64,000 nucleotides of DNA from Parcubacteria group bacterium. GTDB taxonomy: Bacteria; Patescibacteriota; Minisyncoccia; Moranbacterales; UBA2206. Numbering within the stretch: position 1 is the first letter of the stretch; each line of letters opens with the position of its first letter. A model generated the notes under the pieces. The model searched no databases and was not told the origin of the DNA. It was given only the letters and a program-made list of their open reading frames with translations. The stretch spans positions 15,608 to 79,607 of the forward strand of contig JBAYLE010000003.1 of assembly GCA_041664225.1 (NCBI GenBank). The letters are read 5' to 3'. The position numbers were made by a program, and so were the translations under genes. This document shows positions 1 to 8,548 of the stretch, piece after piece.

Positions 1-1752
1 GAAGTTCCTACTTCGCTTTACCGCAAAAAAATAATGAGCCTCGATGTCGCCCAACTCATCGCCGGCACCAGTTTTCGCGGAGAGTTTGAATCGCGCCTCA
101 AGGAAATAATCAAAGAAGCCAAGAATAATAACGACGTTATTTTATTCATCGATGAAATCCATAATATTGTCGGGGCCGGCAATGTGGCCGGCAGTTTGGA
201 TTTGGCCAATATCATCAAGCCCGCACTGGCGCGCGGCGAAATGCAGCTCATCGGCGCGACAACGCTCGCGGAGTATAAAAAATATATTGAGAAGGACGCA
301 GCACTGGAGCGGAGATTCCAGCCGGTGCAAGTCCAGGAACCAACCGAAGAAGAAGCCAGAAAAATCCTTTTCGGAATAAAAAGCAATTATGAGGCCTTTC
401 ATAACGTCTCGATTTCTCCAGATGCTGTGGATTTGACTGTGGCTCTCTGCGTCCGTTATATCCAAAACCGCCATCTGCCGGATAAAGCTATTGATGTAAT
501 CGATGAAACCGCTTCCAACATCCGTTCAAAAAACAATCCGCCGGGGCGGACAGATCTTATCCGCGCTATCAAAAAAGCCGAGGACGAGAAATTAGCCCTC
601 CTCACTGAGAAAGAAACGCTAGTTTCTGAAGAAAATTTTGAAAAAGCCATCAGTTTGCGCTCTCAGGAAAAAGAATTGGATGAAAAAATAAACTCTCTGC
701 GGCAAAAGCAAGCGCAGATAGAAATGGAAAACAAGATCAGTATTCGCGCAGAAGATATCATTGAGACTATTTCCAGGATATCCGGAATCCCCGTCGAAAA
801 ACTTGCGCAAGAAAAAAACAATAAATTGAAAAATATCAAAAAGACCTTGGCCGCGCAAATCATCGGGCAGAAAGAAGTCATCGAAAAACTTTCCGATACC
901 CTCATCCGTTCGCAAGCCGGCATCGGCAACCCTGATCGCCCGCTCGGTTCCTTTCTGTTTTTGGGCCCGACCGGAGTCGGCAAAACACTGACAGCCAAAA
1001 TTCTTGCGAAAGATTTTTTTGGCTCGAAAAAAAGTTTGGTCCGCATCGACATGAGCGAGCTCATGGAACGCCATAGTGTTTCTTCGCTTATCGGTTCGCC
1101 GGCAGGTTATATCGGCTATGGCGAAGGCGGCAACCTGACTGAAAAGGTACGGCAAAATCCATATTCCGTCGTCCTTTTTGACGAAATTGAAAAAGCCCAT
1201 CCGGATGTTTTCAATATCCTCCTGCAGATCCTGGAAGACGGCATTCTGACTGATGCGCAAGGCTTGCAAGTAAGTTTTAAAAATACCATCATTATTCTCA
1301 CATCGAATGTCGGCACGGATGAATTCACCAATGCTTCGCGGGTCGGTTTTGCCTCCGAACAATCAAGAGACGTTGTTTCCAAATTTAACGAAATCAAAGA
1401 TCAGGCCATCAAGGAATTAGAAAGAAATATGCGCCCCGAGCTGCTCAATCGCCTGGATTATATCCTCGTCTTCAACTCTTTGGGGAAATATGAAATCCAA
1501 AAAATTTCTGTGGTGGAAATGAATAAATTGAAAGCGCGCGTCAAAAAACAAGGCATCCTCTTGAGCTTCAATAAAGCGGTTTCCGATTTTGTCGCCGAAA
1601 AAAGTCTGGCCCTGAGCCAGGGCGCCCGGCTGGTCAGAAAAAACGTCCAGGAAATGATCGAAAATCCGATCGCGGAAATGATAATCTATAACAAAGTGCG
1701 CGATAAAAAGATTACCGTAAAAGTGGAGAAAGGAGAGATAAAATTAATCTAG
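1..1752 (+). CDS. clpC: ATP-dependent Clp protease ATP-binding subunit ClpC/ClpB-type AAA+ chaperone, 5'-truncated at the window edge. The reading frame is open from base 1.
   Basis: AAA+ D1 sensor region LIAGTSFRGEFESRL...ILFIDEIHNIVGAG; UVR-like linker; D2 Walker A GPTGVGKT and Walker B VVLFDEIEKAH; C-terminal ClpB_D2-small region. Confidence 0.85.
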   Translation, partial: EVPTSLYRKKIMSLDVAQLIAGTSFRGEFESRLKEIIKEAKNNNDVILFIDEIHNIVGAGNVAGSLDLANIIKPALARGEMQLIGATTLAEYKKYIEKDAALERRFQPVQVQEPTEEEARKILFGIKSNYEAFHNVSISPDAVDLTVALCVRYIQNRHLPDKAIDVIDETASNIRSKNNPPGRTDLIRAIKKAEDEKLALLTEKETLVSEENFEKAISLRSQEKELDEKINSLRQKQAQIEMENKISIRAEDIIETISRISGIPVEKLAQEKNNKLKNIKKTLAAQIIGQKEVIEKLSDTLIRSQAGIGNPDRPLGSFLFLGPTGVGKTLTAKILAKDFFGSKKSLVRIDMSELMERHSVSSLIGSPAGYIGYGEGGNLTEKVRQNPYSVVLFDEIEKAHPDVFNILLQILEDGILTDAQGLQVSFKNTIIILTSNVGTDEFTNASRVGFASEQSRDVVSKFNEIKDQAIKELERNMRPELLNRLDYILVFNSLGKYEIQKISVVEMNKLKARVKKQGILLSFNKAVSDFVAEKSLALSQGARLVRKNVQEMIENPIAEMIIYNKVRDKKITVKVEKGEIKLI

Positions 1753-1871
1753 AAAATAATTTACAATTTTCAATTTTCAATTTACAATCAATTTTCAATT
1801 ATTTAATTATCAATAACTTAAAATTTGAAAATTGGTTCATTGGAAATTCAATGAAAATTGATTACTGAGCA

Positions 1872-2624
1872 TTGAAAATTTCAAATTCTCTTCAAAACAT
1901 AAAAGTCTTTGTGTTGGACACTCTCTTCCCAATCTCCTGCATTTCCTGCGGCCTTGATGATGTTTGGCTTTGTGAAGCCTGTTTTCAAAAAATCGAACTG
2001 CTTCCCTTTCAGGTTTGTCCGCGCTGCGAAAAACTGATTGCTGAAAAAGGTCGGCTGTGCGACCATTGCAAAAAAGACAGATCGACGCTCGATAGTTTAC
2101 TAGCAGCTACAAAATACAATAAAAACAACCTGGCCAAAATGGTCCACCTGTACAAATATAATTTTGTGGAAGACTTGCATGTTCCGTTCGCCAGATTGCT
2201 GGTCAAAATTATTTTGAAAAATAACTTGCCGTTGCCGGATCTGATTATCCCCGTCCCCCTGCACCAGCGCCGCCTGCGCTGGCGCGGCTTTAACCAGTCA
2301 GAACTCTTGGCAAATTACATGAGCCAAAACCTGACCCCGGGTTTTTCCATCCCGGTCGCTCCCGATCTGATCAAGCGCCAAAAATACACTCCCCCGCAGA
2401 TGCAGATCGGCAATTATTCCGAGAGAAGAAAAAATATGCGGGATGCGTTCGTCTTAAATTCAAACCAAGATATCCAAAATAAAAAGATTCTTCTAATTGA
2501 TGACATCGCCACTACCGGTGCCACGCTCTTTGAGTGTGCTAAGGTTTTGAAAACAAACGGCGCCAAAAAAGTCTTCGCCGCCGTCATTGCGAGACAGGAA
2601 TTTAACAATGAAAAAATTACGTAA
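1872..2624 (+). CDS. comF: ComF family phosphoribosyltransferase-domain competence protein
   Basis: N-terminal CxxC...CxxC zinc-finger, C-terminal PRTase motif LLIDDIATTGATL. Confidence 0.75.
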   Translation: MKISNSLQNIKVFVLDTLFPISCISCGLDDVWLCEACFQKIELLPFQVCPRCEKLIAEKGRLCDHCKKDRSTLDSLLAATKYNKNNLAKMVHLYKYNFVEDLHVPFARLLVKIILKNNLPLPDLIIPVPLHQRRLRWRGFNQSELLANYMSQNLTPGFSIPVAPDLIKRQKYTPPQMQIGNYSERRKNMRDAFVLNSNQDIQNKKILLIDDIATTGATLFECAKVLKTNGAKKVFAAVIARQEFNNEKIT

Positions 2625-2694
2625 TTTATATTTATTGTTAGCTTGATGTTTGATAATATATTTGTTATCCTTCTTATTGTATAAATGTGAATAT

Positions 2695-2782
2695 GGAAAG
2701 GTGGCTGAGTGGCCGAAAGCGGCTCCGTGCTAAGGAGTTGTCCTCGAAAGGGGACCGTGAGTTCGAATCTCACCCTTTCCGC
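2695..2782 (+). tRNA. tRNA-Ser (anticodon GCT), long variable arm
   Basis: Acceptor ggaaagg/cctttcc, anticodon loop gtGCTaa, extra arm, T-arm gtgagttcgaatctcac. Confidence 0.85.
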
Positions 2783-2842
2783 AAAGAATAAAAATGGCTT
2801 TTCTAGGCTGTTTTTATTTACAAAGATTGCAATCCAGCGCTT

Positions 2843-2871
2843 GACTTTTCCCTTCCGCCATGCTATTATCT
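2843..2871 (+). promoter_or_regulatory. Sigma70-like promoter (TTGACT-N17-TATTAT) upstream of the small zinc-ribbon gene
   Basis: Hexamers ttgact and tattat with 17-nt spacing, ~120 nt upstream of the ATG at 2990. Confidence 0.5.
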
Positions 2872-2989
2872 TCCCAGGTGAATGTATCGCATTAGTTATC
2901 CAAGTTTTATATTAGGTAAGCTATAAGAGTAAGTCACCAATTAATCCCTCATTTTGGGAATAACTAGAAAGGCAGGTGACTATACTTTA

Positions 2990-3235
2990 ATGGCTTATCA
3001 AGACAACGGTCAAAGACCTCAAAGGCAAATGTTCGACATTACCGCGCTAAACATAACTTGCGCTGAATGTGGAGCTGCAATAACTCAATTGCCTTTCGAA
3101 CCAACCCTGAAAGACGATGGTACATATGGCAAACTTTATTGTTACGACTGTAACAAAAAAAGAATGGCAGACAAACCAAAGAGAAGTTTCGGAGGTAATG
3201 GCGGATTCGGCGGAGGAAGAAGAGATAGATACTAA
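2990..3235 (+). CDS. Small zinc-ribbon protein with a Gly/Arg-rich (RGG-like) C-terminal tail; possible nucleic-acid binding. Start taken at MAYQDNG.
   Basis: CxxC-x25-CxxC (CAECG...CYDCNKK) followed by FGGNGGFGGGRRDRY; own promoter and downstream terminator. Confidence 0.5.
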   Translation: MAYQDNGQRPQRQMFDITALNITCAECGAAITQLPFEPTLKDDGTYGKLYCYDCNKKRMADKPKRSFGGNGGFGGGRRDRY

Positions 3236-3255
3236 TCTACTTTTCAATAAAAGAA

Positions 3256-3285
3256 AAATCCCGATTAATCGGGATTTTTCTTTTG
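3256..3285. terminator. Bidirectional rho-independent terminator
   Basis: Hairpin aaatcccgattaatcgggattt flanked by an A-run and a T-run, between convergent genes. Confidence 0.7.
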
Positions 3286-3315
3286 TATCTTTTGCGACCA
3301 AAAAAAGTAAGCGAG

Positions 3316-3867
3316 CTAGATTCCCAAAAACCTTTCGAAAGTATCCACAATGCTAGGCTCTTGCTTTATTTCTGGCACATATTCCAAAAGTATCCGTCTG
3401 ATTTCCAGCGGGTCTTCATCATGTATCGGAATATGCACAAATGGCATAATTTTATTTTTCATATGCAGGCTTATCACTTTCACTTGCCCCGGTTCATAGA
3501 ATATCCAGAAAGCTATCATGTTGTCGAATTCATAAAGATCCCTGCCAGCGATAATTCCGTCATGCGTGATCAAGAAATCCAAAATCCGCGGTGTTCTGTT
3601 AACAAAAATGTAGCCAACCACCCCGATTAAAATAAAAGTTATCGCCATGACCGGGCTTTCTGTATAAACCGCGAAGGCTACAATGACAGCCAGCAAAAGT
3701 AAGGCATAAAGATACCATTTTCTGCTTTTCTCATAAATTTCGTATTCCGGCGCCTGCCAGTGCAACAGGACGTTTTTTGCGGATTGATCCTGCGGGTCAT
3801 CATCCGAATAATCTTCTTGATTGTCGAAGTTTTCTTCTTTTTTATTTTTAAAATTCTCTACGTACAT
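3316..3867 (-). CDS. Hypothetical membrane protein with an acidic N-terminus, two TM helices and a bacterial PH-like C-terminal region
   Basis: ORF with hydrophobic segments WYLYALLLLAVIVAFAVY and ITFILIGVVGYIFV; no catalytic motif recognised. Confidence 0.4.
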   Translation of the reverse strand: MYVENFKNKKEENFDNQEDYSDDDPQDQSAKNVLLHWQAPEYEIYEKSRKWYLYALLLLAVIVAFAVYTESPVMAITFILIGVVGYIFVNRTPRILDFLITHDGIIAGRDLYEFDNMIAFWIFYEPGQVKVISLHMKNKIMPFVHIPIHDEDPLEIRRILLEYVPEIKQEPSIVDTFERFLGI

Positions 3868-3960
3868 ATTTCATTAATTTATCTCCGTTTACCAATTAAT
3901 ACTACCATGTTTACAAATCTATTTCTAGTTGCTATCATTTTATGGTATTTTCAACATATA

Positions 3961-3978
3961 GGAAGAGTGCCCGAGTGG
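3961..3978 (+). pseudogene. 5' fragment of tRNA-Ser (first 18 nt of the downstream tRNA-Ser gene) in a ~24-bp direct repeat; not a complete tRNA
   Basis: atataggaagagtgcccgagtgg occurs at 3955-3978 and again at 4048-4071. The first copy is followed by unrelated hairpins with no T-arm or 3' acceptor strand. Confidence 0.5.
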
Positions 3979-4053
3979 GCTGAATGCGGATGAGCATTCA
4001 GCGGGTTGCAAAAGCAACCCGGGAACCACGAGGCAAACAATTTTTTAAATATA

Positions 4054-4140
4054 GGAAGAGTGCCCGAGTGGTTTAAGGGAACAGTCTTGAAAACTGTCGT
4101 GGGTGAAAGTCCACCGTGAGTTCGAATCTCACCTCTTCCG
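4054..4140 (+). tRNA. tRNA-Ser (anticodon TGA)
   Basis: Acceptor ggaagag/ctcttcc, anticodon loop ctTGAaa, long variable arm, T-arm gtgagttcgaatctcac. Confidence 0.85.
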
Positions 4141-4164
4141 CCTTCGTGAAGAAGTCCATAAATT

Positions 4165-4237
4165 GCGCTTATAGCTCAGTGGATAGAGCGTCTGGTTGCG
4201 GTCCAGAAGGTCGCAGGTTCGATTCCTGCTAAGCGCA
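4165..4237 (+). tRNA. tRNA-Arg (anticodon read as GCG; assignment moderately certain)
   Basis: Cloverleaf gcgctta/taagcgc, D-arm gctcagtggatagagc, anticodon stem tctgg/ccaga with loop ttGCGgt, T-arm gcaggttcgattcctgc. Confidence 0.7.
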
Positions 4238-4320
4238 CTAAAGTGTTCCTGCTCGCTTCGATTCGACAAAATGTCTCATCGAGTCGAAGCTAGCTAAGCG
4301 CATAAATTACACTTATCACT

Positions 4321-5439
4321 ATGCAAAAAAACGGCTTAAGAACTTGGGTTGAGATTGATAAAAAAGCTATTCGCCATAATTATCAAATTTTCCGCTCTCA
4401 AATCGGCAAAAAATGCCAACTCATGTCGGTCGTAAAATCAAACGCTTATGGCCACTCCCTTTTGAACTTTTCGAAAGAAATGGAAAAGCTTGGTGTTGAT
4501 TGGTTGGGCGTTGATTCGATCGTTGAAGGCGAAGCTTTGCGAAAAGAAAAAATATCTCCCAAAATTCTTGTGCTGGGGCATACTCTTCCGGAAAAAATTA
4601 CGAGTGCGATTGAAAACCGCTTGAGCCTCACCGTTTCCACTCTTGAAAATCTCAAAAATATTCTCCGCCATAAAACGGCAAAGAAAATCAAGATTCATTT
4701 AAAAATTGATACCGGCATGCACCGCCAGGGTTTTTTTATTCAGGATCTTAAAAAAGCCATCCATCTTCTCAAAAAAAATAAGGACTTTATTGAAGTCGAA
4801 GGCATATACACGCATTTCGCCGCCGCCAAAAATCCATCCTTCCCAAAAGACACGCAAACCCAACTGGCAGAATTTGAAGAAGCGGTGACGCTAGTAAGAT
4901 CAGCTGGCTTCAATCCCATCCGTCACGCTGCCGCCACTTCCGGTACTTTGCTTTTTCCGAAGTCTCATTTTGACATGGTACGGGTCGGCATTGGCCTTTA
5001 CGGTCTGTGGCCATCCAAAGAAACTGAAGCTTCTGTGAAAAATAAAATTAAACTTGAACCGGTTCTGTTCTGGAAAACCAGAGTGAGTGAAATAAAGAAT
5101 CTGAAAAAGGGAGATCGATTGGGTTATGATTTTACCGAAAGAGTCTTGAGAAATTCAAAAATTGCCATTTTGCCCGTCGGTTATTGGCATGGCTATCCTC
5201 GCTCCCTGTCTTCTGTGGGCCATGTCATTATCCAGAACAAAGCCTGCAAGATACTAGGAAGAGTCGCTATGGATATGACGGTAGCGGATGTGACAGAAAT
5301 TAGAAATATCAAGTCGGGAGAAGATGTTATTCTTATGGGCAAAAATATCTCGGCGGATTACTTGGCGGATTTGGCCGGAACGGTCAATTATGAGATAGTT
5401 ACTCGGATTAATCCCCTGATCAGAAGGATTCTTGTATAG
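4321..5439 (+). CDS. alr: Alanine racemase
   Basis: PLP-lysine motif VVKSNAYGHS near the N-terminus; length and C-terminal beta-domain are typical. Confidence 0.85.
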   Translation: MQKNGLRTWVEIDKKAIRHNYQIFRSQIGKKCQLMSVVKSNAYGHSLLNFSKEMEKLGVDWLGVDSIVEGEALRKEKISPKILVLGHTLPEKITSAIENRLSLTVSTLENLKNILRHKTAKKIKIHLKIDTGMHRQGFFIQDLKKAIHLLKKNKDFIEVEGIYTHFAAAKNPSFPKDTQTQLAEFEEAVTLVRSAGFNPIRHAAATSGTLLFPKSHFDMVRVGIGLYGLWPSKETEASVKNKIKLEPVLFWKTRVSEIKNLKKGDRLGYDFTERVLRNSKIAILPVGYWHGYPRSLSSVGHVIIQNKACKILGRVAMDMTVADVTEIRNIKSGEDVILMGKNISADYLADLAGTVNYEIVTRINPLIRRILV

Positions 5440-5451
5440 TTTTAATGACGC

Positions 5452-5481
5452 CTCTTGACAAATTAACTTTTTTTAGTTATA
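5452..5481 (+). promoter_or_regulatory. Near-consensus sigma70 promoter (TTGACA-N17-TATACT) driving a ~500-nt unit with no convincing ORF
   Basis: cTTGACAaattaactttttttagtTATACTcat directly after the alr stop; the unit ends at the terminator at 5954-5987. Confidence 0.6.
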
Positions 5482-5953
5482 CTCATTTGAAAGTTGGAGG
5501 AGGTTCTATCTTCGATAGAGCTCATAGTTCTTTATAAAAGGAAAGGTAGGTGATGCTTTGTAATATTTTTTATAAGAGCGGGGGAATTTTCGGGGGGAAA
5601 TTTCCATGGAAAGGATCTACATGACACAGAATCAGATATTAAAAATCCCTGAAACACTTGTTTTGTCGTCCGGAGGAACGCACATCGCTAATGGATTTCG
5701 ACTTTCCAACAAAACCAGTGAATCCGGTCTGGAACAAAAAGAAGTGCGGTTAAAAACTCCGAAGGGACACAGGTGGGTACCAATTTGGACTTTGTACACT
5801 GGCTCCCAGGACTCTGTTCTGAGAGCTGCCGGCCTTTCGAATTAGCTTCTTTTTCTTGGGGGTGTGGCCTTAATACTATAGCTATAGTGCACACCCAGGG
5901 AAAGAAACAAGCAAATGAGTTTTATGCCAAATATTTCTCATTTGCTGATCCTC

Positions 5954-5987
5954 AGAGACGGTGCCCTCGACCGTCTCTTTTTTATTT
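5954..5987 (+). terminator. Rho-independent terminator
   Basis: agagacggtgccctcgaccgtctct hairpin followed by ttttttatttg. Confidence 0.8.
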
Positions 5988-6023
5988 GCCAAAAAATTAA
6001 GCGGGCTAGATACCAAATACCAG

Positions 6024-8126
6024 ATGCGATATACTATACTTATGATTACTCCTGAAACTTTATTGGCCAAAATCCCACGCGTCACCCCAAAATATCTGGG
6101 ACTTTTGGAAAAAGTCGGGATTATTTCCGTCCGTGATTTTTTGTTGTACTTCCCCTTCCGCTATGACGATTTTTCTCAGATCGTCCAAATTTCCGAAGAA
6201 TATATCGGCCAGACGGTTACTATTAAAGGAATTGTTAAAAAAACAAAATTGGCCAGAATTTTCCGCCGCAAAATGACCATTACCGAAGTTGTTATCCAAG
6301 ATGAATTTAACACTCCCCTCAAAGCCATCTGGTTCAACCAGCATTTCATTTTGGATACTTTGAAAGAAGGTGTTTTAGTAAGGCTCTCTGGCAAATTGGA
6401 ACTCAAGGGAAAATTTTTTACTATGACCAATCCGGCCTGGGAAAAATCTTCGCGCGAAGCAACTAATACCGGCATTCTAGTCCCGGTTTACAATGAAACC
6501 AGAGGACTCACTTCCAAGTGGATTCGCTGGCAATTGAAACCCCTTTTGCCGCTCGCCAAACAAGTTGAAGATCCGATCCCCTTTGAGATTCGCAAGAGAT
6601 TAAATCTTTATGATATCCAAACTGCGCTCCAACAAATTCATTTTCCGCAAAATCCGGAAGAGCTTTTGCGCGCCCAAAAAAGATTCGCTTTCGAGGAAAT
6701 GTTTCTGGTCCAGCTCAAGACTTTGCAGGTCAAGCATGCTTGGGAGAAAAATAATTCGCTTGAGATACTCTTTGACGAAAAGCTGATCAAAAAATTTGTC
6801 AGTGTCCTACCGTTCAAACTTACTGACGCACAAAGAAAATCAACTTTTGAAATTTTGAAAGATTTGGAGAAGCCCAAACCGATGAACCGCTTACTAAACG
6901 GCGATGTCGGATCTGGAAAAACTGTCGTAGCCGCGATCGCTTCTTTACAAGCGATATCCGCCGATTTTCAAGTCGCCATCATGGCGCCCACCGAAGTTCT
7001 GGCCAAACAACATTTTGAAAGTTTTTGTAAATTATTTGAAAATTATCAAATCAATATCGCACTGCTAACTAATTCGTATAAATTACTGGATGATAATAGG
7101 GTATCGCGTACTAATTTATTAGACAAGATCGAAACTGGTAAAATTGATTTAGTCATCGGTACCCATGCCTTGATTCAAAGGGACGTCAGATTTAAAAATC
7201 TGGCTTTGGTCATAATTGATGAACAGCATCGCTTCGGAGTTGCCCAACGCGCAGCTTTGCAGCAAGAAACTATGTCGATTAAGGACGGGGTACAAAAAAC
7301 GATCCCGCACCTGCTAACAATGACTGCCACACCTATCCCCCGCACTCTTGCCATTGCGCTTTTCGGCAGTCTGGAGCTGTCCATTCTGGATGAAATGCCA
7401 AAAAATAGAAAGCCTATTATTACCAAGATTATTCCGTCAACAGGACGCAAAGAAATTTATAATTTCATACGCAAAGAGATATCTGACGGCCGGCAAGTTT
7501 TTGTCATCTTCCCCCTGATTGAAGAATCCAAAGCTCTCACTGAAATCAAGGCAGCTACTGTGGAGCACGAAAAACTATCTAAAATATTCCCTGAATTCAA
7601 TATTGGGCTTTTGCATGGACGGCTTAAGCCGACTGAAAAAGAAAAAGTAATGCAGGAATTCAAGGAAAAGGAACTAGATATTTTGGTTTCCACTTCCGTA
7701 GTCGAAGTTGGCATCGACATTCCCAACGCAACCGTAATGATCATCGAAGACGCTGACCGTTTCGGTTTGTCGCAATTGCATCAATTCCGCGGCCGCGTCG
7801 GCCGGGGTGAGCATCAATCATATTGTTTTCTATTCACCGGTTCCGATTCGAGCAAAACCGCCGGCCGCCTAACCGCCCTTACTGAAAGCAATGACGGTTT
7901 CAGAATCGCCGAAAAAGATTTGGCTTTGCGCGGACCGGGACAATTCTTCGGAACCCTACAGTCCGGTATCCCTGACATCGCTATGGAAAATCTGAGCAAT
8001 ATCAAACTGATAAAATACTCCCGCGCCGAAGCGCAAAATCTTTTGAGCCTAGACCCTGAATTAAAAAAACATCCCGCTACGCAAGATGCTCTCCTGAAAT
8101 TTTCAGAAAAAATCCACTTGGAATAA
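6024..8126 (+). CDS. recG: ATP-dependent DNA helicase RecG. Start placed at MRYTIL, downstream of the terminator that overlaps the ORF-track start at 5961.
   Basis: Wedge domain, helicase motif I GDVGSGKT, motif II DEQHRFGV, motif VI QLHQFRGRVGRG. Confidence 0.85.
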   Translation: MRYTILMITPETLLAKIPRVTPKYLGLLEKVGIISVRDFLLYFPFRYDDFSQIVQISEEYIGQTVTIKGIVKKTKLARIFRRKMTITEVVIQDEFNTPLKAIWFNQHFILDTLKEGVLVRLSGKLELKGKFFTMTNPAWEKSSREATNTGILVPVYNETRGLTSKWIRWQLKPLLPLAKQVEDPIPFEIRKRLNLYDIQTALQQIHFPQNPEELLRAQKRFAFEEMFLVQLKTLQVKHAWEKNNSLEILFDEKLIKKFVSVLPFKLTDAQRKSTFEILKDLEKPKPMNRLLNGDVGSGKTVVAAIASLQAISADFQVAIMAPTEVLAKQHFESFCKLFENYQINIALLTNSYKLLDDNRVSRTNLLDKIETGKIDLVIGTHALIQRDVRFKNLALVIIDEQHRFGVAQRAALQQETMSIKDGVQKTIPHLLTMTATPIPRTLAIALFGSLELSILDEMPKNRKPIITKIIPSTGRKEIYNFIRKEISDGRQVFVIFPLIEESKALTEIKAATVEHEKLSKIFPEFNIGLLHGRLKPTEKEKVMQEFKEKELDILVSTSVVEVGIDIPNATVMIIEDADRFGLSQLHQFRGRVGRGEHQSYCFLFTGSDSSKTAGRLTALTESNDGFRIAEKDLALRGPGQFFGTLQSGIPDIAMENLSNIKLIKYSRAEAQNLLSLDPELKKHPATQDALLKFSEKIHLE

Positions 8127-8146
8127 ATTATACATAAAACAAAAAT

Positions 8147-8169
8147 CCCACCTTACGGTGGGGTTTTTT
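8147..8169. terminator. Bidirectional terminator between recG and csp
   Basis: cccaccttacggtggg hairpin flanked by an A-run and a T-run. Confidence 0.75.
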
Positions 8170-8180
8170 GTTATTCAAGA

Positions 8181-8384
8181 TTATGAAATTCTTGATACGT
8201 TGACTGCATTCGGTCCCTTAGGACTTTCAGCAACCTCGAATTGAACCTTGTCGCCTTCCTTCAAATCATTGTACTCCACTCCTTGGAGTTCTTTTGAGTG
8301 AAAGAAAAGATCCTTGTCACTACCTTCAACGGTAATGAATCCGAATCCGCGGTCGGTCAATCTTTTGATTGTTCCTGTTTGCAT
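8181..8384 (-). CDS. csp: Cold-shock domain protein (CspA family). Start at MQTGTIK.
   Basis: MQTGTIKRLTDRGFGFI...FFH with RNP1/RNP2-like motifs; ~67 aa. Confidence 0.85.
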   Translation of the reverse strand: MQTGTIKRLTDRGFGFITVEGSDKDLFFHSKELQGVEYNDLKEGDKVQFEVAESPKGPNAVNVSRIS

Positions 8385-8548
8385 TTTCTTTTGCTTGTGT
8401 TGGTTAAATATCATTCGTCGCGATGCAAAAGGAAGTTCGACTACACTATTGTTGCATGCTTCTGTGATGTATTGATAATAGCATGGCTAAAGGGTTTTGT
8501 CAACCAAGATTCTCCCCGGTTTTTAATTTTGGCTTATCTTGGCTTATT

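Noticed and set aside
619-1397. Long antisense ORFs inside clpC (619-1362 -, 663-1064 -, 1116-1397 -) and similar ones inside alr, uvrA, pilB and others
   Set aside because: They lie fully within strongly supported genes on the opposite strand, have low-complexity translations and no independent signals.
1760-1890. CRISPR array (short repeats such as caattttcaatttt; also aacttttaacttttaactttt at 19980-20010 and the repeats in tsaD)
   Set aside because: Repeat unit 7-8 nt, tandem with no spacers, and no cas genes in the window. These are microsatellite-like arrays, not CRISPR.
3961-4050. An additional complete tRNA upstream of tRNA-Ser(TGA)
   Set aside because: Only the first 18 nt match a tRNA. 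There is no T-arm or 3' acceptor strand and the hairpins are not cloverleaf-compatible. Called a fragment.
4240-4310. Attachment site at the tRNA-Arg 3' end based on the repeated gctaagcgca
   Set aside because: The repeat is only 10 bp and only 60 bp away, with no island between the copies. It is noted in a finding but is too short to call.
5606-5845. 79-aa ORF as a real protein gene
   Set aside because: No motif or TM pattern, and it sits in a region that looks more like structured RNA. Left unannotated as CDS; mentioned in the finding.
5480-5990. Possible RNase P RNA, tmRNA or SRP RNA in the ~500-nt unit between the promoter and terminator
   Set aside because: No P4 consensus (GGAAAGUCCGGGC / ACAGAANCCGGCUUA), no tRNA-like 3' end with GGTTCGA T-loop and CCA, and no tag-peptide frame ending in ALAA could be found by eye. 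Kept as an unassigned ncRNA candidate instead.
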